A stretch of 13,585 nt of DNA, taken from the NCBI GenBank assembly GCA_029858305.1, contig JAOUFI010000057.1:1-13585 (forward strand), given 5' to 3'. Below are positions 8,142-13,585 of this stretch, piece by piece (within the stretch, counting starts at the first letter, position 1; each line of letters begins with the position of its first letter). The notes beneath the pieces are model-generated. The model searched no databases. It was not told the origin of the DNA and saw nothing but the letters and a program-made list of their open reading frames with translations. A program made the position numbers and the translations under genes. This DNA is from Candidatus Thorarchaeota archaeon (GTDB lineage: Archaea; Asgardarchaeota; Thorarchaeia; Thorarchaeales; Thorarchaeaceae).

Positions 8142-8197
8142 AACTATTCTATGAATATTGCTGTACTAATAACGCAAGAAGAAAAAATGCATGGATT

Positions 8198-9262
8198 TTA
8201 GTTTTCATAGAAATATTTGCCTTTACTATATATCAGTTCATCACCTGCGTAGATTTCGCCTTTATGCATTGATTTAATCATGTCTACATGAACTGCTGAT
8301 TCATTTTCGCCATTGCATTCTTTATAGGCACGCCCTAATGCACAATGAATCGTATCGCCAATCTTTTCATCAAACAACATGTTAAGAGTATACTGTTTTA
8401 TTCCCCGATTTGTACCGATGGCCATCTCACCAAGTCTGCGAGATCCTTCATCAGTTTCTATAATCGACTTGAGAGTGGCTTCCTCCTTCTCTGCTGAGAA
8501 GTCGACTACTACTCCTTTTTCAAATGTCAATCTGACTCCTTCAATCACTTTACCTTGTTGGAGAAATGGAATATCAAAGAAGATCTTCCCCTCAACACTA
8601 TTTTCTACAGGTCCTGTAAACACTTCACCACTGGGCATGTTGTGCTTGCCATCACTCGCAATCCATATCCTCCCCTCTGTTGACGCATAAAGATCGGTTT
8701 CTGGCCCAATGTATCTGATGTCTTTATGATTCTCTAGGTGTTCCTTCATAACATACAGCATCTTGCTTTCTTCAGCCCAGTCTATGAGAGTGGCTCCATA
8801 GACAAAATCACGATATTCTTCAAGGCTCATGTCTGCCTGCTGCGCTAAGGTCTGACATGGATGGACTGTAAGGGTCCATCGTTTTCCAAGGCGGATGCCT
8901 TGAATCTCCTGCTGAGATTTATTATCTATCAGAATACGTTTCGGATCAACATTAGCGAGCGCCTTCGTATTAACAGGAGAGCGCAATGCGATATAGACAT
9001 CGCAGGTTTCTGTAATTGCTTTCAGATGTTTTGGAACGAGTTGTAGTGTTTCTTCTGACGCACCATCATAGAAAGCTCGAAGTGCCTCCTCACTGTTCAT
9101 CAAAGTCACAACTCTTCCGCCAGCCTCTGCGATCTTTCTGTTCAAGGCAACAACAAGCTCATGGGAGTCAGGTGTTGCACTGATAACAACCATATCACCC
9201 GGTTTTATTGCTGTGCTCCATTCGACAAGTATCCTAGCATGCTCTTCAATTCGGGAATCCAT
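8198..9262 (-). CDS. Aminopeptidase, peptidase family M29 (AmpS/AmpT/PepS-like)
   Basis: Family motifs NMPSGEVFTGP, LGEMAIG, LFDEKIGDTIHCALGRAY and NESAVHVD, which carry the metal ligands and the catalytic Tyr. Confidence 0.95.
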   Translation of the reverse strand: MDSRIEEHARILVEWSTAIKPGDMVVISATPDSHELVVALNRKIAEAGGRVVTLMNSEEALRAFYDGASEETLQLVPKHLKAITETCDVYIALRSPVNTKALANVDPKRILIDNKSQQEIQGIRLGKRWTLTVHPCQTLAQQADMSLEEYRDFVYGATLIDWAEESKMLYVMKEHLENHKDIRYIGPETDLYASTEGRIWIASDGKHNMPSGEVFTGPVENSVEGKIFFDIPFLQQGKVIEGVRLTFEKGVVVDFSAEKEEATLKSIIETDEGSRRLGEMAIGTNRGIKQYTLNMLFDEKIGDTIHCALGRAYKECNGENESAVHVDMIKSMHKGEIYAGDELIYSKGKYFYEN

Positions 9263-9464
9263 TTCAAAGCCTCAGAAATCATGAAATCTTTGGCGGTCAT
9301 ATAGGTTGTGGAGTACGCTGTTCCAGCGTCAGAATGTAGCAATATGCTCAGATGTCACGCTTCCAAGTCGTGTGTGTTGTTCATCTATAGCGGAAATTGG
9401 CTATCAAGGGACTGGTACTTTCGATTTGTGCTAAATATTATATTCGATTACTGTCATAGCAAAG

Positions 9465-9998
9465 ATGAAGGGTAATCTGTTTATGAAACGACCTATCTTT
9501 CTAGTGAGTTGTGGATTCATAGCTCTCATCATCTACGATTTTTTCTTTGCTTCAGTAATTCATCCCAATGTACCATTTATTGTCGGAGAAACAATAGTCA
9601 TCGTAATCGCATGTATTTTTCTAACTGCAGGGATTGCTGATGGAATACCAGAAACACGGCGTTATATCACGCGGCCAAAGAAGGCAGTCTACTCTGCAAT
9701 GGACCCTTCTATTCTGAGTCGTGTTGTGAAGGATGGGCTAGAAGGAGATGAATTCTTGGTTCGTGGCTCTAGAGAAACAACTTTTCGGGAAGCATGTATT
9801 GCAAATTGGCAGTTCAAGTATGTAAATCGCAAATCAGATTGGTTAGTAACTGATAGCAAAGGAAATGATGTATCAAAAGAGCCATTATCACGTTTTGACG
9901 GTCTTTTTACCCTAATCCGTGGAAATGGAACTGATGAGTCATTTGATGGTGCAGATGAGCCCACATCGATTCATGATAGTGTAGAATACTACGACTAA
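9465..9998 (+). CDS. Hypothetical 2-TM protein with putative beta-grasp (ubiquitin-like) domain and EYYD C-terminus; paralog A
   Basis: Two N-terminal hydrophobic helices. Residues 76-151 align without gaps to the paralog at 11946 (30/76 identical by hand count). AT-rich TATA-like TAAATATTATAT at 9432-9443. Alternative start is ATG 9483, preceded by GAAGGGT. Confidence 0.85.
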   Translation: MKGNLFMKRPIFLVSCGFIALIIYDFFFASVIHPNVPFIVGETIVIVIACIFLTAGIADGIPETRRYITRPKKAVYSAMDPSILSRVVKDGLEGDEFLVRGSRETTFREACIANWQFKYVNRKSDWLVTDSKGNDVSKEPLSRFDGLFTLIRGNGTDESFDGADEPTSIHDSVEYYD

Positions 9999-10016
9999 TT
10001 GCTGGTTTCCGTTTCA

Positions 10017-10427
10017 CTAGATCTCGCGTTTCTCAGCAGACTGCGTCGCTCCACAATATGGGCATTTAACAGTGAGCGGTCCAACCCATTCAATTCCCTC
10101 GGATGTAATGGCAGCTCCACAGCTTGAACAGAAACTCGGAGGTTGGTATACATATGACTTTTCTTTTGACACTGCAGTTATCTGACGATTTGGTACGAAA
10201 CGGATCATTGCATTTTGACCAACAGATTTTCGTAGACCATAGAGTATAACACCTATTCCAATAAGTGCACTAATCATGGGCACAACTAAGACATAGAACA
10301 GAATCGTTCCTACGTCAAGCGTATCTGCCCAGAAGAATTGCATAAATCCTCCGAAAAAGCCTCCGACAATAATGATTAATCCAATAATAGTTGTGACGCA
10401 ACTTTTTCCGCTAGAATCATCTGACAT
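10017..10427 (-). CDS. Small 2-TM membrane protein with C-terminal zinc ribbon
   Basis: Two hydrophobic helices followed by CSSCG...EWVGPLTVKCPYCG (two CxxC knuckles). Confidence 0.85.
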   Translation of the reverse strand: MSDDSSGKSCVTTIIGLIIIVGGFFGGFMQFFWADTLDVGTILFYVLVVPMISALIGIGVILYGLRKSVGQNAMIRFVPNRQITAVSKEKSYVYQPPSFCSSCGAAITSEGIEWVGPLTVKCPYCGATQSAEKREI

Positions 10428-10562
10428 TTTTCATCAAACCTAGTTTCTATTTCGCATAATTACACACCGAGTTATAGGTTTCTCTCTGATGGACTAATTT
10501 GTGTTATGAATTCTTTCTGCTTCATTAATTCGCTGGAAGAAACACCATACAATCACGAGTCC

Positions 10563-10569
10563 TTTAATA
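10563..10569 (+). promoter_or_regulatory. Putative TATA box implying a leaderless transcript for the ion transporter
   Basis: TTTAATA ends 25 nt before ATG 10595, and there is no SD in between. Confidence 0.45.
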
Positions 10570-10594
10570 GTCAGAACCTCAGTAAGAGACCATA

Positions 10595-11875
10595 ATGGAC
10601 GCAGCAGGAGTAATCATACTTGTCATACTCATTATTACTCTACTAGTGATACTATCTGAACGGATTAATGAAACAGCAATGGCTCTGCTGGCAATGTCCA
10701 TTGTTGGGGGGATTCTCTATCTCGCCTATGGATTCACATTCACAGAATTCGTATTATTGATGCCTTGGGATACCATCCTATTTGTTACTGCAATGCTAAT
10801 TGTTGTAGCCATCGCAGCTTCATCAGGAATGTTTCAATACATAGCCTTGGTACTGATCCGAAGAACTCAGGGAAATCCGCGAATGATTTTTGTGACATTC
10901 ATGGCTTTTGTTTTTATCATCTCACTTTTTCTCGATCCACTACCGACGATGCTAGTGATGGGAGTGTTTACCGTAGAGGTCTGTAAAGCGGTTGATTTGG
11001 ATTTCAGACCGATTCTCATCTCCGAAGTGATAATTGCCAACTTTGCATCATTTCCCTCTTTGGTTGGATCTGTACCAAATCTAGTCATCTTCGTAAAATC
11101 AAATATTGACCTACCATTCGCGTTTGTCATTCTAATGCCACTCTCATTGATTCTATTTGGTTTGACTATGTTCTTGCTCTTGCGCAGATACAGTGACTCT
11201 CTAGTAGTCGAGGGTGGCTCTGATTGGAATGTTCTCTACATGATCAAACCAAGCGTCATGATAAAATCAAGGCATGATTTCTATCTATCAATCATAGCTA
11301 TGGCAATTCTAATTCTAGGATTCACAATTGGAGCAATTCGTATAGAGGCAAGTTTGATAGCAATGATGGTTGCCTCAGGTATGCTAGTCTTCTCGCATGA
11401 ACGTGCTAAAGATCTGCTCAGAACTCTCTCATGGGATACAATCTTCTTCCTTGTTGGTCTGTTCGGAATAATTGCAGGTCTCGAACGAACAAATGTGATA
11501 CATGAATTTGTGACTGGAACTATGGACCTGATTGGGCAGAATATCTTCTTGGCCATTGGATTTATGATCTGGATTCCTGGCTTTGTACTCTCGCTAATTG
11601 ACAATATACCAATAGCTGCTCTCCTAGCCCCATTAGGACTTCAGCTTGGCACAATAAATGCAGTTGTCCCACTTGCCCTCATTGTTGGGACTAATGTTGG
11701 AGGTTACATGATTCCCTTCGGTGATGCACCGAATATGATTGCAGTAGGTCTTGCGGCAGATGAGGGGAAACCTATCAGTTTTATGGATTTCACAAAGATC
11801 GCGCTTCCCCTAGGATTTCTTCATCTCCTCGTGAGTACTGGGTATTTGATTCTTGTTGCTCTAATACTTGGATAG
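10595..11875 (+). CDS. Ion transporter superfamily permease (ArsB/NhaD/SLC13, P-protein/OCA2-like)
   Basis: 426 aa and highly hydrophobic, with internal repeat WDTILF / WDTIFF. Second-half motifs are IDNIP and GTNVGG..PFGDAPN. Confidence 0.9.
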   Translation: MDAAGVIILVILIITLLVILSERINETAMALLAMSIVGGILYLAYGFTFTEFVLLMPWDTILFVTAMLIVVAIAASSGMFQYIALVLIRRTQGNPRMIFVTFMAFVFIISLFLDPLPTMLVMGVFTVEVCKAVDLDFRPILISEVIIANFASFPSLVGSVPNLVIFVKSNIDLPFAFVILMPLSLILFGLTMFLLLRRYSDSLVVEGGSDWNVLYMIKPSVMIKSRHDFYLSIIAMAILILGFTIGAIRIEASLIAMMVASGMLVFSHERAKDLLRTLSWDTIFFLVGLFGIIAGLERTNVIHEFVTGTMDLIGQNIFLAIGFMIWIPGFVLSLIDNIPIAALLAPLGLQLGTINAVVPLALIVGTNVGGYMIPFGDAPNMIAVGLAADEGKPISFMDFTKIALPLGFLHLLVSTGYLILVALILG

Positions 11876-11945
11876 TCTTACTTCGCATCTGAGATACTTA
11901 ATCATTATATTCCTTCAGGAGGATACTTGTGCTGAGGGGTTCGAA

Positions 11946-12485
11946 TTGGATAAGTTCCTACGAAATTCATTACTCATAGTATTGTTGATTCCCTTTGTGT
12001 TCATTCTAAGTTATTATGGAATCATACCTACACCTGTAACTGAAACTGCAGCTGTTTCGTTCCTGATGTTTGTTATTTTCCTTGTCATAATTGGGATAGT
12101 ACTACTCGGCCTGTACTACGCATTCGTTGAGTCTATGGCAAGAAGCAAAGCGCAGAAAAAATACAGTGACCCCGACCCGACTCAATGCCGACGTGTGGTC
12201 AAGGATGGAATTGATGGTGCTGACTATTTAATCAGTGGACCTCTAAAGGAATCATTCGGACAAGCCTGTAGAAATAACTGGCAATTTGAAAAGACTGACA
12301 AGCATTCCAGTTGGATAGTCAAAGATGAACGAGGAAATGACATAACAAACTCCCCCCTCGAGTCCTATGATAGTATTGCCATGATTGTAGGCACTTTTGG
12401 TTCAGAATACTTTACCGGAGAATCCGAAAGTGACATACCATCTGAATATACTTCAATTGAAGATGGCACCGAATACTATGATTAA
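11946..12485 (+). CDS. Hypothetical 2-TM protein with putative beta-grasp (ubiquitin-like) domain and EYYD C-terminus; paralog B (179 aa)
   Basis: Start moved to in-frame TTG 11946, which follows SD GAGGGGT (11934-11940) and gives a length matching paralog A. Shares RVVKDG, ACxxNWQF, WxVxDxxGND and TSIxDxxEYYD with ORF 9465. Confidence 0.85.
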   Translation: MDKFLRNSLLIVLLIPFVFILSYYGIIPTPVTETAAVSFLMFVIFLVIIGIVLLGLYYAFVESMARSKAQKKYSDPDPTQCRRVVKDGIDGADYLISGPLKESFGQACRNNWQFEKTDKHSSWIVKDERGNDITNSPLESYDSIAMIVGTFGSEYFTGESESDIPSEYTSIEDGTEYYD

Positions 12486-12517
12486 GTTCTTCAGTAAATT
12501 GTATCATTTTGTGTATC

Positions 12518-13006
12518 ATGTTCGAGTTAATGGCGAATGCTTTCAAACGAGGACTTAGAGGCAAGCACACCCATATGGATCCTCTGAAAGCTCTTGAAGG
12601 TCTTACCCCAGAGAATGCTCGAATGGTCCCATCCAAGGGAACTCATTCATGTTGGCATATTCTCTATCACATCGTATATTGGCAAGAATTAATGCTAACT
12701 GCAATAAAGGGTGAGGAAGTAGACTGGCCAAAGAACAATGAGGAGAGCTGGCCTACCAACAAGTTGCTTGAACGCTCCAAAGACTGGGTTAAGCTTGTTG
12801 AGAAATTCGAGAATGGACTTAACGAAGCGGAGAATCTAACACGCACGCTTGAATCCACTGAAGATTTGCCAGCATGGCCTAAGGTTCCACCTTTTGCAGC
12901 ATTCTTAGTACTTGCACAGCACAATTCATTCCACATTGGTGAGATTGTTGCGACGCGTCAGGCACTGGGCATTTGGCCGCCACCTGATTACAAAGCTATG
13001 TTCTAA
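12518..13006 (+). CDS. DinB/YfiT family protein (putative thiol S-transferase or metal-dependent hydrolase)
   Basis: HSCWHILYHIVYWQ and QHNSFHIGEIVATRQALG give the DinB His triad pattern. The start is ATG 12518 or ATG 12530. Confidence 0.9.
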   Translation: MFELMANAFKRGLRGKHTHMDPLKALEGLTPENARMVPSKGTHSCWHILYHIVYWQELMLTAIKGEEVDWPKNNEESWPTNKLLERSKDWVKLVEKFENGLNEAENLTRTLESTEDLPAWPKVPPFAAFLVLAQHNSFHIGEIVATRQALGIWPPPDYKAMF

Positions 13007-13011
13007 GAATT

Positions 13012-13585
13012 CTATTTCCTGAACGGCACAACTCGCACCAGAACTGAGTTGAAACCTGGTGTATGTCCAAATGCGGTGTGTTTATCATCAGTAAGTACAT
13101 TGACGTTTCCATCATGATTCCACCACCCATCTGATGACCATACAACTCTTGGATCTACATCTTCAGTGAGTTCCAATCTAATATTCTCTATACTTCCTCT
13201 CTTTGATTCGATAGTCACTCTGCATCCATCGGTGAGATTGAGGTCTCTTGCTGTTTTAGGGTGCATCCTTAGAAATGTACGATTTGAGCTTGTTTCTTTC
13301 ATTAAAGGCATTCGTATTGGATTTGTGACAACATCATACGGACAGACATCAATCTGGCATTCTCTACAGCCAATGCACCGTGATTCATCCCATGTAGGTA
13401 TCAAGAGTGATGTAATCTCGGAGGGGACATTTATACTGGCCTCTGAGAGGCTGACTGCTAGTTCTCCGATTAGTGTGCTCAATTCACGACGAAGTATTGC
13501 AGGACTTGTCGTAGCTTTATCAGCGTCCTGTTGAAGAAGCTGTGGATTTGGTTGGAAAAAGGAAATTGCCTCTTCAGGGCATTTA
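13012..13585 (-). CDS. Molybdopterin (Mo/W-bisPGD) oxidoreductase C-terminal region with 4Fe-4S ferredoxin motifs; 5' end outside the window
   Basis: The frame stays open past the ORF-track start to the edge (KCPEEAISFFQPNPQ...). It contains CIGCRECQIDVCP and then the molybdopterin dinucleotide-binding pattern LRMHPKTARDLNLTDGCRVTIESKRG...DGWW...NVNVLT...TPGFNSVLVRV. Confidence 0.88.
   Translation of the reverse strand, partial: KCPEEAISFFQPNPQLLQQDADKATTSPAILRRELSTLIGELAVSLSEASINVPSEITSLLIPTWDESRCIGCRECQIDVCPYDVVTNPIRMPLMKETSSNRTFLRMHPKTARDLNLTDGCRVTIESKRGSIENIRLELTEDVDPRVVWSSDGWWNHDGNVNVLTDDKHTAFGHTPGFNSVLVRVVPFRK

Noticed and set aside
8114-8201. Selenocysteine recoding at the MFS UGA because of the adjacent hairpin
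   Set aside because: The UGA is inside the stem, no SECIS consensus is visible, and the position follows a disordered tail with no redox context.
9300-9410. Several small hairpins (e.g. ACGCTG-TTC-CAGCGT, 9315-9329) as a possible ncRNA or tRNA remnant
   Set aside because: Stems are only 4-6 bp, with no T-loop/D-loop consensus or cloverleaf. An Infernal/Rfam search would be needed to say more.
11868-11945. ORF-track N-terminal extension of paralog B and a strong AGGAGG at 11917-11922
   Set aside because: The extension overlaps the transporter stop and has no counterpart in paralog A. The AGGAGG precedes only out-of-frame TTG/GTG codons, one giving a 2-codon ORF, so no function can be supported.
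9465-12485. Paralog pair as direct repeats of a mobile element or a recent duplication
   Set aside because: Similarity is at protein level with many synonymous changes. No transposase, integrase, terminal repeats or target-site duplication were seen.
13480-13482. TTG start for a stand-alone 156-aa protein
   Set aside because: The frame stays open to the window edge and includes part of another Fe-S motif, so the gene begins outside the window.
1159-13534. Other short overlapping ORFs in the track (e.g. 1423-1830, 2575-2922, 3647-3964, 4639-4962, 7835-8110, 8379-8690, 11281-11604, 13166-13534)
   Set aside because: They are antisense or off-frame to well-supported genes, have Ser/Pro/Ile-biased shadow composition and show no recognisable motifs.
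1-13585. CRISPR arrays, tRNA/rRNA genes, defence systems
   Set aside because: No regularly spaced repeats, RNA-gene signatures, or nuclease/ATPase defence motifs were found by eye.

Overview
Gene-dense window of about 41% GC (estimated by eye) from an archaeon. TATA-like boxes, GGTGA/GGAG Shine-Dalgarno sites and the style of the small membrane proteins suggest an Asgard, probably Thorarchaeia-like, lineage; this is inference only. It holds 15 CDS, two of them cut by the window edges. Most are ordinary accessory genes: an SDR oxidoreductase (missed by the ORF track), a GNAT acetyltransferase, a TauE/SafE exporter, a SAM methyltransferase, an EamA/DMT transporter, an MFS transporter, an M29 aminopeptidase, an ArsB/NhaD/SLC13-type transporter, a DinB protein and a molybdopterin oxidoreductase C-terminus. 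The most unusual signal is a pair of paralogous 2-TM proteins (9465-9998 and 11946-12485). They share an ungapped 76-aa domain with ubiquitin/SUMO/UFM1-like beta-grasp spacing and a conserved C-terminal TSIxDxxEYYD-stop tail resembling an HbYX motif. Other oddities are a membrane-anchored PCI/DDRGK-like winged-helix protein, a PadR regulator fused to a degenerate methyltransferase fold, a possible M50 pseudo-protease, and a ferredoxin module set directly before the Mo-bisPGD-binding domain core. No RNA genes, CRISPR arrays or mobile elements were seen.
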